From the human T2T-CHM13v2.0 reference genome, Homo sapiens, in the NCBI GenBank assembly GCA_009914755.4, contig CP086569.2, positions 13,440,001 to 13,504,000 of the forward strand: DNA of 64,000 bases. The letters are read 5' to 3'. Shown here in pieces: positions 30,001 through 50,936 of the stretch. Every line of letters begins with the position of its first letter. The first letter of the stretch is position 1. The notes below the pieces were generated by a model. That model made no database searches and was not told the origin of the DNA. It saw only the letters and a program-made list of their open reading frames with translations. The position numbers and the translations under genes are program-made.

Positions 30001-33000
30001 GGTTTTGGAGATTAACCAGACACAATCAGCAGGGAGAGCATGTATGCTTTCATGAAGAATTATGCCAAGGTAGGTAATGGATGAGGAAGAACTTTGGGCT
30101 TGACTGAAGTAATAGGGGCTGTCCGTGAAGCCTTGCAGCAGTACAGCCCAGGTAATTTGCTGAGCTTGATGGTGTCAGGATCAGTCCAAGTGAAAGCGAA
30201 GAGAGGCTGGGATGAAGGGTGCAAAGGAATATTAAAGAAAGCATGTTTGAGATCCAGAACCGAACAATGGGTTGTGGAGGGAGGTATTGAGGATAGGAGA
30301 GTATATGGGTTTGGCACCATTGGGTGGATAGGCAAAACAATTTTGTTGATAAGGCACAGATCCTGAACTAACCTGTAAGACTTGTCTGGTTTTTGGACAG
30401 GTAAAATGGGCAAATTTTCAGGAGAGTTTTTAGGCTTTAAAAGGCCATGCTGTAACAGGCAAGTGATAAAAGGCTTTAATCCTTTTAAAATATGCTGTGG
30501 GATGGGATATTGGCATTGAGCGGAATAAGGGTAATTAGATTTTAATGGAATGGTAAGGGGTGCATGATTAGTTGCCAAGAAGGAAGTAGAGGTGCCCTAT
30601 ACTTGTGGATTAAGGTAGGGAGAGACAAGAGGAGGATATGAAGGGCAGCAATGAGGTATGGCTGTAGCCTAGGAATAGTCAGGGAAGCAGATAATTTAGT
30701 TAAAATGTCTCGACCTAATAAGGGAGCTGGGCAGGTGGGGATAACTAAGGAGTGTATGAAAGAATATTGTCCAAGTTGGCACCAGAGTTGGGGAGTTTTA
30801 AGAGGTGTAAAAGCCTGGCCATCAATACCCACAACAGTTATGGAGGCAAGGGAAACAGGTCATTGAAAAGAAGGCAATGTGAAGTGGGTAGCCTCCATGT
30901 TGATTAAGAAGGGGATGGACTTACTCTCCCTTGTAAGAGTTACCAGAAGTGTCTGTGATGGTCCAGGAAGCTTCTGAGGTGATTGGGCAGTGTTAGTCTT
31001 CAGCCGCTGAGTCAAGAAGATCTGGGAAGGAATCAGTCAGAGAGCCTTGGGCCAGAGTTTCAGGGGCTCTGGGAGTGGCTGCTGGGCGTGTTGGACAGTC
31101 CAGTTTCCAGTGGGGTCCTGCACAGATGGGACGTGGCTTAGGAGGAATCCTGGGCTGCAGGCATTCCTTGGCCCAGTGGCCAGATTTCTGGCACTTGAAG
31201 CAAGATCCTGGGGGAGGAGTTCCTGAAGGAATGCCTGACTGCTGTGGCTTAGGTGTTTTGAAGTTCTTGTGTGCTGGAGATGTGGCTGGGGTTTCTCTCA
31301 CAGTGGAGGCAAGGAATTGCAAGTCAGAAATATGTTGCTACTTCGCTGCCCCTACTCTTCTGGTACACCTTGGAGGTGAGGTTAATTAGGTCCTGTTATG
31401 GGGTCTTGGAGCTTTATTTAATGTCAGGAGCAGATTGGGCAATAAAATGTATATTGAGAATAAGAAAGCCTTCTGACCTTTCAGGGTCTAGGGCTGTAAA
31501 GCATCTCAGGGTTGCTGCCAAACGAGTCATGAACTGGGCTGGGTTTTTATATTTGATGAAAAAAAGCCTAAATGCTAACTGATTTGGGAGAGGCCGGATA
31601 AAGAAAAAGGAACATTAACCTTGACTGTGCCTTTAGCTCCAGCCACCTCTTTAAGGGAAATTGTTGGACAGGTAGCGGAGGGCTAGTCACAGAAAGAAGC
31701 TGGGCCAGGTGTGAGGAGGGAAGTTGATAGAAGGATTATAGGGTGTGGGAGTGGAGGCTGAGGAAGAATTGGAGCCTGATTCAGCCTGGTGGGGAGCGAC
31801 GTGGGGAGCAGTCTGGGGAGAGAAGAGAGGTCAGATGGGTTGGTAGAAAAGAAAGATCAAAAAGACTAAGCGACACTTGGGGTTGGGAATGAGGGGATGG
31901 TGGGAGGGAAAGAAGAAAGATTTGGCACAAGTCACATTGGGAGCAGAGATTAGGAAGGGACCGATGTGTAAAAGAATGCCTGGACATGAGGCATCTCAGA
32001 CCGTTTGCCCATTTTACAACAAAAATTATTGAGATCTTGTAGGATGGAAAAATTGAAATTGTCATTTTCTGGCTATTTGGAACCATTGTCGAGTTTATAT
32101 TGGGGTTACGCGGCATTGCAGAAGAAAATAAGTCACGTAGGTTTTAGGTCAGGTGTGAGTTGAAGAGGTTTTAAGTTCTTCAGAACACAGGCTAAGGGAG
32201 AAAAGGGAGGAATGGAGGTTGGAAGGTTGCCCATAGTGAAGGAGGTAAGCCCAGAGAAAAGAGAGGGTAGAAACATGGAAAGAAGAGGTAGGGGGTGCTT
32301 GCCCCACAGGAAAGTGGTGCTTGCCCCTAAGGGTGAAGGATAAAGGCATTCATCCCCACGATGATCAGACACCTCTGAAATGTGGGTGAATAATCAGGCA
32401 GGCTTCCCTGCAGTGATTAAACACCAAGGGAAGACTGTCTTCCTGAGTCTGTGACTGGTGCTGGAGTTTTGGGTTCATGGATAAAATGCATCTCCTCTGT
32501 CTCTACTAGAAAAGGAAAGGAATTGAAATTAAGAGAAAAGAGATATTGAAGGATGGCACCAAGATTGAAAGGAGTAAGAGGTTGAGAGATGGTAAGAGAC
32601 GTTGGTGAAGAGAGTGAAAAGAGGCTGCTTACCCAATTTAAAATTGGGGAGATGTTCCTTGGGCTGGTCGGTCTGAGGACCAGAGGTCGTAGGTGGATCT
32701 TTCTCATGGAGCAAAGAGCAAGAGGACAGGGGATTGATCTCCCAAGGGAGGTCCCCTGATCTGAGTCATGGCACCAAATTTCATGCACGTCCATGTGAAG
32801 AGACCACCAAACAGGCTTTGTGTGAGCAATAAAGCTGTTTAATCACCTGGGTGCAGGTGGGCTGAGTCTGAAAAGAGAGTCAGCAAAGGGAGATAGAGGT
32901 GGGGCCATTTTATAGGATTTGGGTAGTTCGTGGAAAGTTACAGTCAAAGGGGGTTGTTCTCTGGCAGGCAGGGGTGGGGGTCACAAGGTGCTCAGTTGGG

Positions 33001-33165
33001 GAGCTTCTGAGTCAGAAGGAATTTCACAAGGTAATGTCATCAGTTAAGGCAGGAACCAGCAATTTTCACTTCTTTTGTGATTCTTCACTTGCTTTAGGCC
33101 ATCTGGATGTATATGTGCATGTCACAGGGGATATGATGGCTTAGCTTGGGCTCAGAGGCCTGACA
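27010..33165 (-). mobile_element. HERV-H provirus (LTR7 - internal - LTR7), antisense, with 5-bp target-site duplication GTTAC
   Basis: The 3' LTR is at 27010-27408 and the 5' LTR at 32779-33165. They are near-identical and are LTR7 in reverse complement, ending ...gcttagcttgggctcagaggcctgaca. The primer-binding site complement ctgagtcatggcaccaaa at 32761-32778 reverse-complements to tttggtgccatgactcag, which is tRNA-His-like. A polypurine tract complement lies just inside the 3' LTR. Minus-strand ORFs cover gag nucleocapsid ([14 protein letters not shown] at 30993-31322), reverse transcriptase (…LPVQKPDKSYRLVQDLCLINKIVLPIHPMVPNPYTLLSSIPPSTTHCSVLDLKHAFFNIPLHPSSQPLFAFTWTDPD at 30060-30578) and RNase H (…HTWFINGSS…QQAEFIALTQAL…NIYADSKYA at 28907-29653, …IHCKGCQK…GNTYADKVAKEAA at 28782-29054). 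GTTAC appears at 27005-27009 and 33166-33170. env is largely absent, as is typical of HERV-H. Confidence 0.8.
32761..32778 (-). other. HERV-H primer-binding site (tRNA-His type)
   Basis: The reverse complement tttggtgccatgactcag lies immediately 3' of the 5' LTR in proviral sense. Compare the tRNA-His 3' end tggtgccgtgactcggat. Confidence 0.6.
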
Positions 33166-33170
33166 GTTAC

Positions 33171-34790
33171 TTAATTTCTGTATATTTGTATGGTTTTGAA
33201 GGTTCTTTTTGTAGTTCATTTCCAGTTTTATTCCACTGTGGTTTGAGAGAGTGCTTCATGTAATTTCAATTTTCTTAAATTTATTGAGGCTTGTTTTATG
33301 GCCCATCATATGCTCTATCTTGGAGAAAGTTCCATGTGCTGTTGAATAGAATTGTATTCTGTGATTGTTGGATGAAATGTTCTGTATATATCTGTTGAGT
33401 CCATTTGTTCCAATCTTTGTTGACTTTCTGTCCTGATGACCTATCAAGTGCTGTCAGTGGAGTTTTGAAGTCCCTCACTATTACTGTGTTGTTGTCTATC
33501 TCATTTCTTAAGTCTGTTAGCAACTGTTCTATAAATTTGACAGCTCCAGTGTTAGGTGCATATATGTTTAGGATTGTGATATTTTCCTGTTGCACAAGGT
33601 CTTTACCATTATATAATGTCCCTTTTTGTCTCTTTTAACTGTTGTTGCTTTAAAGCTTGTTTTGTCTGCTACAAGAATAGCTGCTCCTGCTCACTTTTGG
33701 TGTCCATTTGCATGAAATTCCTTTTTCCACCTCTTTACTTTAAGTTTATGAGAGTCCTTTTGTGCCAGGCGAGTCTCCTGAAGGCAGCAGATGGTTGGTG
33801 AGTTCTTATCCATTGTGAGGTTCTGTATCTTTTAAGTGGGCCATTTAGGCCACTTACATTCAATGTTAGTATTGAAATGTGAGGTACTGCTGAATTCATC
33901 GTGCTCTTTTGTTGCCTGTGTACTTTTTTCTTTTCTTTTCTTTTTTTCTTTTTAATTTGTTCCTTTGTTGTTGTTGTTTCAGAGGTCCTGTGTGATTTAT
34001 GCTTTAAAGATCTGTTTTGATGTGTTTCCAGGATTTGTTTCAAGATTTAGAGCTCCTTTTAGCAGTTCTTGTACTGGTGGTTTGGTAGTGGCAAATTCTC
34101 TCAGTATTTGTTTGTCTGAAAAAGACTATCTTTCCTTCATACATGATGCTTAGTTTCACTGCATACCAAATTCTTGACTGATAATTGTTTTGCTTGAGGA
34201 GGCTAAAGATAGGGCCCCAAACCCTTCTAGCTTGTAGGGTTTCTGCTGAGAAATCTGCTGTTAATCTGATAGGTTTTTCTTTATAGTTCACCTGGTGCTT
34301 CTGTCTCACAGCTCTTAAGATTCTTTCCTTTGTCTTAACTTTGGATAATCTGATGACAATGTACCTAGGCAAAGATCTTTCTGTGATGAATTTCTGGGGT
34401 GTTCTTTGTGCTTCTTGTATTTGGATGTCTAGGTCTGTAGCAAGGCTGGGGAAGTTTTCCTCAATTATTTCCCCAAGTATGTTTTCACAACTTTTAGAAT
34501 TCTCTTCTTCCTCAGGAACACCAATTATCCTTAGATTTGGTCGTTTAACATAATCCCAGACTTTGTTCGTACTTCTTATTCTTTTTTTCTTTGTCTATGT
34601 TGGATTGGGTTAATTTGAAGACCTTGTCTTCAAGGTCTGAGTTTGTTTCTTCTACTTGTTCAATTCTATTGTTGAGACTTTTCAGAGCATTTTGCATTTC
34701 CAAAAGTGTATCCAGAGTTTCCTGAATATTTATTTTTTCTTTAAGCTATATATTTCCTTGAATATTTCTCCCTTCACTTCTTTTTTTTTT
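33171..34790 (-). mobile_element. L1 fragment (antisense) covering the ORF1 C-terminus, inter-ORF region and ORF2 N-terminal endonuclease; continuation of 25160-27009 across the HERV-H insertion
   Basis: Minus-strand ORFs read MQQENITILNIYAPNTGAVKFIEQLLTDLRNEIDNNTVIVRDFKTPLTALDRSS (ORF2 endonuclease), ...ISILTLNVSGLNGPLKRYRTSQWIR (ORF2 start) and MPRYIVIRLSKVKTKERILRAVRQKHQVNYKEKPIRLTADFSAETLQARRVWGPIFSLLKQNNYQSRIWY..KLSIMYEGKI (ORF1 C-terminus). The ORF1 coiled-coil region runs to about 34790 and there is no 5' UTR. Confidence 0.7.
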
Positions 34791-34899
34791 GAGCCTCTGT
34801 CACCCAGGCTGGAGTGCAGTGATGCAACCTTGGTTCACCACAACCTTCTAAGGGAGGAGACCACCCCTCATATTGTCTTATGTCCAATTTCTGCTTCCA

Positions 34900-37365
34900 A
34901 AGAAAGAAAAAGTAAAAACTAAAAGGCAGAAATGAAATCCACAGGCAGACAGCCTGGCGCAACGCCTTGGGTCTGGTTAAGGATCGACCCCCAACCTAAC
35001 CAATTATGTTATCTATAGATTTCAGACATTGTATGGAAAAGCATTGTGAAAATCCCTGTCCTGTTTTGTTCCATGCTGATTACCAGTGCATGCAGCCCCT
35101 AGTCACGTACCCACTGCTTGCTCAATCACAACCCTCTCATATGGACCCCATTAGAGTTGCAAGCCCTTAAAAGGGACAGGAATTGCTCATTCAGGGAGCT
35201 CTGTTTTTGGAGGCGTAAGTCTTTCTGAAGCTCCCAGCTGAATTCAGCCCTTCCTTCTTTAACTTGGTGTCTAAGGGGGTTTTGTCTGTGGCTTGTCCTG
35301 CTACATTTCTTGGTTCCCTGACTGGGAAGCAAGGTGATTAATGGATGGTCAAGGCAGCCATTTAGGTGGCTTAGGACTGCCCTGTGGAGCATCCCTGCAT
35401 GGGACTCTGGCCAGCTTGAGTGACACACATCCTGAGAGCGCTCCCATGTAGACAGTTGCCCTGGTACAACGCCTCACCAGAGCAGCACGTGGCAGGCCAC
35501 CATGGAGAATCAATGCAGTGGCTGAACACCAGGAAGGAACTGGCTCTTGGAGTCTGGACATCTGAAACTTGGTAAATCACCCACTCCATTTGAATGGAAG
35601 CATGGCCTGATCACCCACAGTGTGCCTGTACTGGCACTTTGGTTTTTGTTTTTGACTTGACTTGGATTGCTTGATACTTTGGTTTTGGGTTTGACCTGGC
35701 TTAGATTTCTTCATACTCCAATTTTGGTTTGAGTCTTATTTGGTGTAAATTGTAAATATGTGTGTGTGCCCTTTTTACCTGTTCTTTGTTTTGTGGTGTG
35801 TGTGGTGTGTGAGCATGTTGTTTTATCTTGAGGAAGCATGGGTCAGGCACAAAGTAAGCCTATCCCACCAGGAACTATGTTCAAAATTTTCAAGAAAGGA
35901 TTTAAGGGAAATTATGGTGTTACTATGACACCAGGAAACTTAGAACTTTGTGTGAAATAGACTGGCGAGCATTAGAGGTGGGTTGGTTGTCAGAAAGAAG
36001 CCTGGATAGGTCCCTTTTTTCAAAAGTATGGCACAAAGTAACCTGTAAGCCAGGGCGCCCAAACCAGTTCCCGGACATAGACACTTGGTTACAGCTCATT
36101 TTAGACACCCCTCCACCCCACCACACACCCCACAGTGGTTGAAAGAACAGCAGCATAAGCAGCTGGCAGAGGCAAGGAAGGACCAGCAGAGAGAGAGAGA
36201 GGAAACAGAGAGGAAAAGAGCCAAATAGAGAGAGGAAGAGACAGAGAGACAAAGAGGGAGTCAAGGAGAGAGAGAGAGAGGCAGAGAGAGAGGAAGAAAC
36301 AGAGACAAAAGGAAAGTCAAAGAGACAGAAAGTCAAAGAGAAAAAGAGATATACAAGTAGTTAAGAAAAAAACCAGTGTACCCTATTCCTTTAAACACCA
36401 AGGTAAATGTAAAATCTATAATTAATAATTAAAGGTATTCTTCATAACCCTATAACACTCCAGTACCACTTTGTTGTCAATGTAAACAAGGGTGTATCTC
36501 AAAAGCACTGAGGCCTTCCTATCAAAAATCCTCAACCCAGTAACCCACAGACAGCCCAAATGCATTCAGTCTGTAGCGGCAACTGCTTTGCTAACAGCAG
36601 AAAGTAAAAAAATAACTTTCAGAGGAAACCTTATTGTGAGCACACCTCACCAGTTCAGAAGTATCCTAAGAAAAAAAAAAAAAAAGAGGATTTAACATTA
36701 ACCCCTGAAAATTCCCTTAACCCAGTAGATTTCCTAAGAGGTGATCTAAATCTTTATTACCATAAAAGGGTCCAAACAGACCTAGGAGGAACTCCCTTCA
36801 GGACAGGAGGATAGATGTTTCCTCCCCAGTAATTACAAAAAAAAAAACCATCTATACCAATTCTAATTTAATTTGGAATAAACAAAGTCTTATTAACAGC
36901 AGAGGATAATTGAAATCCCAAACTTACAAGGTTTTCAACAAAAGTAAAATTTGCTAAAAGTTAACAGTATAACATGTATTATAGTAACTTCTAATCTTGT
37001 GGCCCTAGACAGTCTAGTCCACAGACAACAAAGAAGTTCACTTTGGAAAAGAATGATTGTCTTCAAAAAAAAAAAAAGGGGGAAAAAAAGAGGAGTGCAG
37101 AATTTATGTAAAAGGATTGCTGTATGGTAAATTCTTCTCCTGAAATAAATGAACTGGTTCTTTAAAGAAAGAAATGTTTATAGTAAGTCTGAAAGTTGAC
37201 GCAGGTTGAATAATTGTTGGTGAAAGTTGTGAAAGAGAAAAAAAGTTATATAAAAAACGAATTTATGCAAGAGATGTTGCATAATTTAAAAGTAATTAGG
37301 CCTCCTGAGTACTATTAAACAGTGTATCTGCGAGGTGTATATGGAAAGTAAAATATATCTTTGTT
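34900..37365 (+). mobile_element. degraded gammaretrovirus-like (class I) ERV 5' part: putative LTR/leader, then gag MA and a GA-rich region
   Basis: An ATG at about 35820 opens a gag with a myristoylation-type start, MGQAQSKPIPPGTMFKIFKKGFKGNYGVTMTPGNLELCVK. A +1-frame continuation reads ...CEIDWRALEVGWLSERSLDRSLFSKVWHKVTCKPGRPNQFPDIDTWLQLILDTPPP. This resembles MLV MA (W.TFC..EWP.F.VGWP..G.F.....V...VF.PGPHG.PDQ.PYI.TW..L...PPP). A GA-rich (GAGAGA/GAAA) tract follows at 36180-36360. The LTR boundaries are not resolved. It is interrupted at 37365 by the full-length L1. Confidence 0.5.
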
Positions 37366-37382
37366 AAAAAGATTATAAGGAG

Positions 37383-43499
<6,117 letters not shown>

Positions 43500-43516
43500 A
43501 AAAAGATTATAAGGAG

Positions 43517-45754
43517 ATGTAGGAATGTAAATTTTTGCCTACATTAAAAGTTTAAAAAATTTGTTTTGAAGGTTTAAGCAAGTTTTAACACAATTGTAAA
43601 GAAAATTCTGTGTCTAAACATATTGGCTAAAGTCAAAGGGGTATCATCCAGCTTTTCTGTCAACTGAACATTAAAATAAAAACACAATGGGTTTTTCTTA
43701 AAGCAGTAATCTGCTCTTTAACAAAGATTATAAAAGGTTAAAAAAAGGCCTATAAAAATCTTACCTTATGGTCCGACATTAAAAATTGAATAAATATGTC
43801 TATAAAGTTTTATTAAAACTAAGTTTAACATTAATAACACACTAATATAAAGGTGAAATTTAGCTTATCTGGTATAAAAATCATACAGGAAGCACTGTCA
43901 AATATAAAATGGTTTGGCTTCTTTGGTCTAAAAATCTAATAAAAATGGGTGCTAAAGCAAATTTCTCAGTAGAAAGGCACCAAGAACTATAAAGCCCACT
44001 GCTGATGTCCTCACATTTAAAATAAAAGTTCAATTTCTTAAAAATTATATACTTGGTTTATCTTCCCCTTTCCTTTCCCTCAAAACTAAAAGTCTTTTAG
44101 CACATGTAAAACCCCTAGGATTTCCCATAAACCAGCACCAGCCTGAAGATCACGTTCTCATCAAAAGGTGAAAAAACAAAAAGGAAACTCGAGCCAGCCT
44201 AGGAAGGACCCTACCTTGTGCTGCTAACCACCGAGACTGTTCATACAGTGAAAAAGGGATGGACTCATCACACATGAGTCAAGAAAGTGCCACACCCTCC
44301 AGAATCGTGAGCTGTAGTCCCAGGAGAAAACCTCACCAAACCGAAGCTAAGAAAAATTTGACTCTTTCTTCTACTCTATTACTCTTTCTTCTTTCCTTGC
44401 TCTATTGATGACCATCTAATTATTAACATAACAAAGTCAATTTAACCTCAAACTATTGTATTTAATGCTTGCCTTGTTATACCCTGTGGGGACTTGCCAA
44501 GTCAAGGACAGCTCTCTACTTCAGAAAAGTACCGCTCTCCCTCCTGACTCTCCTCAGACTGGGCTTTAGTAAATTAGCACCATTTAATCCAGGGAAATTT
44601 CAGTAAAGACTCCAGTGTCAACCAGGAGTCTTGCCCCCAAATTTAGAGCTTTTTTGCCATAGCTGGTCCCACATTCTGTGGACCACCAAAGAGCAATGAT
44701 AGACTGCCCCAACCAATTTTTGTAATTTCCTAAAATCATACATTCATTTTACTAGAGGATCATAGAAGTTAAAGACTTAAAACAAACTTTGGCAATTAAG
44801 ACAGGATACCAAGATGCAAATGCCTGGTTGAAATAGATCAAATATTCCATACACACATTAAAGAAAAGCACTTGTTACGCTTGTGTACATGGCAGGCCAG
44901 AGGCCCAGATTGTCCTCTTTCCACTAAGGTGGTCCTCCAGTCGACCAGGCATGGGCCAAATGGTAGCTCTTTTCCAGGATTCTACAGCCTGGAGTAATAA
45001 GTTGTGCCAAGCTCTCTCTGCTATAGCCCAAAGTCTGGCACCCTGCGGGTCAGCCCCCGGGGGCCATCCAGCTTCCATCTCCCAACACTAAGTTCACTTC
45101 GTGTCCCTCAGGACAGGGAGGAAACATAGCATTCCTTTGAGACCTGAAGGGATCCTGTGAGCTTAAGAATTTTCAAGAGCTTATCAGTCAGCCCTTGTTC
45201 ATCCCCGAGCAGATGTGTAGTGGTATTGTTGTGGACCTTTACTGGACACTCTGCCAAATAACTGGAGTGGGACTTGTACTTTAGTCCAATTGGCTATCCC
45301 TTTCACCATGGCATTTCCTCAACCAGAGGGAGGAAAAGTAAGACATCGTAAAGTGAGAGAAGGCTCTTATGGGTCTTTCAACTCTCACATCTCTTTAGAC
45401 ACAATTGGAGTCCCATGGGTAATACCAGATCAATTTAAAGCTTGAAACCAAATAGCTGCAAGATTTGAGTCAATATTTTGGTGGGTGACCATTAATAAAA
45501 TTGTAGATTGGATAAACTACATCTATTAAAACCAACAGCAATAAGTTTTTCATGAGTTAAAAGAAAAACTCATATTGGCCCCAGCTCTGGGGCTACCTGA
45601 CCTGACAAAACCCTTTACACTCTATATGTCAGAAAGAGAAAAAATGGCGGTTGGAGTTTTGATCCAGACTGTGGGGCCCTAGCCGAGGCTGGTAGCCTGC
45701 CTCTCCAAACAGCTAGATGGAGTTTCTAAGGGTTGGCCCCCATGCTTAAGAGCC
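43517..45754 (+). mobile_element. degraded class I ERV internal fragments (integrase C-terminus at about 44150-44290, RT connection domain at about 45395-45754), not collinear
   Basis: The + strand reads GEKTKRKLEPA*EGPYLVLLTTETVHTVKKGWTHHT*VKKVP, which matches the conserved gammaretroviral integrase end ..[39 protein letters not shown]. Downstream it reads FLDTIGVPWVIPDQFKA.NQIAARFESIF...[67 protein letters not shown], which matches MLV [24 protein letters not shown]...[60 protein letters not shown]. The integrase end lying upstream of the RT segment on the same strand implies a deletion or rearrangement, or two ERV copies. No ORF of 60 aa or more survives here. Confidence 0.5.
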
Positions 45755-47773
<2,019 letters not shown>

Positions 47774-49346
47774 AGCCTCCAGCCTTCCCGACCAGGGCCA
47801 CTCCCCTGGTTGGGGAGGCCCTGGTCCAGGAGGTCTCCTGTGTCATTGAACTACATTTTCTTTCTTTGGAATTAAGCATAATACCTATAATTGCTTCATA
47901 TGTTTTTAAAGCAACTCTATTAATTATTTACAAACTATGTACTGGAAAATTTCTTAAGATAATGGGATTTTTTTAAATATCAAAATAAAGTTCTGCCTTA
48001 TGCTAATGTGCTCAGATATTTGGATATGTTTGATCACAGCACTAGAATTTGTCAAAGATATAACCAAAAATGGCACGATTAAATATTTTGATTGTTGGTA
48101 TTTGCAAGCCTGATGGCAACCTTAATCCAAAAATCATAACATAGATACACAAAAAATAAAAAGAAAGAAATTTAAGTCATGTCACCAGAGAAAATCAACT
48201 TCGCTAGAGGCAGACAGGAAGGACAGAAAGAAAAGCAGGAAGACCATGAAACAACCAGAAAAAAATATAACAAAATAGCAGGAGGAAATCCTTACTTATC
48301 AATAACATTGAGTATAAATGAACTAAACTCTCTAATCAAAAGCCATAGTCTAGCTGAATGAATGAAAAACAAGACCCATTTATCTGTTTCCCACAGGTAA
48401 CACACTTCACCTATATAAAAACACATGTATACTAAAAATAAAGAAATGAATAAAAGATATACCAAGTCAATGGAAACAAAAAAGAAGCAGGACTCACTCT
48501 CAATATAGATTTCAAGACAGGAACCATAAGAAGAGACATAGAATATCACTATAAAAAGATAATAGGGTCAATTCAGCAAGATTTTAAATTTTTTAACTTA
48601 ATTGTTGTTTAATTGTTAAAAATTTTAAATTGTTCAAATTTATTTAACAATTTTAAATAAACATGCACGCAACACTGGAGTACCCAGGTATATAAAGAAA
48701 CTACTATTCATGATAAAGAGAGAGACTGGCCCCAGTACAGTAATAGCTAGAGATTTCAACACTTCATTTTCAGGTCTAGACAGATCTTCCAGACAGAAAA
48801 TCAACAACGAATCATCAGATTTAATCTGCAGTATTGACCAAATAAATTGAATTAATATTTGCAGAATATTTCACCCAAGAACTTCAAAATTTCTACTCTT
48901 TTTCTCAGCACATGGGTTATTCTCAAGGATAGACCACATGTTATATGTGGTAACACATTCGTAACACATTCAAAAACTTGGAAATACTTTTTTTTGCAGT
49001 TAATATCAAGCATTCTCTCTGACCACAGTGGAATAAAATTAGAAATTAAAAACAAAAGGAATTTTGGAAATTATACAACTAAGTAGACATTAAACAATTG
49101 GCTCCTTAAAAGGTACTTTCATTTACAATAGCCACACATAAAATTAGATATCTAAAAATTAACCAAATAAGTGAAAGAGCTCCATAATAAAACTTATAAA
49201 ACACTGATGAAACAAATTGAAGAGAACACCAAAAATGAAAGAATATTTCATGTTCATAGATTGAAAGAATCAACATTGTTGAAAGTGCCTATACTACCCA
49301 AAGCAATCTATAGATTCAATGCAATCCATATAAAAATATCAATAAT

Positions 49347-49653
49347 GGCCAGGGGCAGTGGCTCACACCTGTAATCCCAGCACTTTGGGAAGTCAAGACA
49401 GTCAGATCACCTGAGGTCAGGAGTTTGAGACCAGCCCGACCAAAATGGAGAAACCCCCTCTCTACTAAAAATATACAAAGTTAGCCAGGTGTGGTGGCAT
49501 ATGCCCGTAATCCTAGCTCCTTAGGAGGCTGAGGCAGGAGAATTGCTTGAACCCAGAAGGCGGATGTTGCAGTGAGCCAAAATCGAGATTGCACCATTAC
49601 TTTCCAGCCTGGGCAACAAAAGCAAAACTCAATCTTTAAAAAAAAAAAAAAAA
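49347..49653 (+). mobile_element. Alu SINE (sense) nested in the old L1
   Basis: ggccaggggcagtggctcacacctgtaatcccagcactttgggaagtcaagacag...tttccagcctgggcaacaaaagcaaaactcaatcttt followed by poly-A. The flanks atcaataat / atcagtaat look like a target-site duplication. Confidence 0.85.
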
Positions 49654-49703
49654 TCAGTAATATTCTTCACAGAAATAGAAAAAAAATCCTAAAATCCTAA
49701 AAT

Positions 49704-49995
<292 letters not shown>

Positions 49996-50517
49996 TTATA
50001 AAACTTATGTGAAAACACAAAAGACTTAATAGTCAAAAATAGCCAAAGCAAAAAGAATAAAGCAGGAGGCATTGCCTTACCTGACTTCAAATTATACTAC
50101 TTAGCCATAGTAACCAAAATACCATGTTACTGGCATCAAAACAGACACATAGACCAATGGAACAGGATACGGAACCCAAAAACAAATCTACACACCTACA
50201 GTGAACTAGTTTTTGACAAAGATGCCAAGAACATACATTGGAGAAATGACAATCTCTTCAATAAATGGTGCTCGAAAAACTGGATATGCACATGCAGAAG
50301 AAAGAGACTAGACCCCCATCTATTGCCATATATAAAAATCAAATCAAAATGAATTAAAGATTTAAATCTAAGGTCTCAAATCATTAGACTACTACAAAAA
50401 AAATTGGTAAAAATCTCCAGGACATGAGCCTAGGCAAAAATTTCTTTTGCAATACCCCACAAGCATAGGCAACCAAAGCAAAAATGAATAAATGGAATCA
50501 CATCCAGTTAAAAAGCA

Positions 50518-50936
50518 ATGATAGACTGAATAAAGAAAATGTGGTACATATGTACCATGGAATACTAGGCAGCCATAGAAAAGAATGAGATCAAATCCTT
50601 TTCAGGAACATGGATGGAGTTGGAGGCCATTATCCTTAGCAAACTAAAACGGGAACAGAAAACCAAATACAGCATGTACTCACTTATGAGTGGGAGCTAA
50701 ATGATGAGAACACCTGGGCACATAGAGGGGATTGACACACACTAGGGCCTTTTGGATCATGGAGGGTGGGAGGAGGGTGAGAAGCAGGAAAAATAACTAA
50801 TGGGTACTGGGCTTAATACCTGTGTGATGAAATAATCTCTACAACAAACCCCATGAGAGAAATTTACCTGTGTAACAAACTTGTACTTGTAACCCTGAAC
50901 ATAAAATTTAAAGAAATAAAATAATTAAAAATAAAA
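50518..50936 (+). mobile_element. L1P-type 3'-end fragment (about 420 bp) inserted into the old L1
   Basis: aatgatagactgaataaagaaaatgtggtacatatgtaccatggaatactaggcagccatagaaaagaatgagatc...tcacttatgagtgggagctaaatgatgagaacacctgggcacatagagggg...ctgaacataaaatttaaagaaataaaataattaaaaataaaaa. The host L1M codons resume immediately afterwards with ...ccttctgcacagaaaag. Confidence 0.6.
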
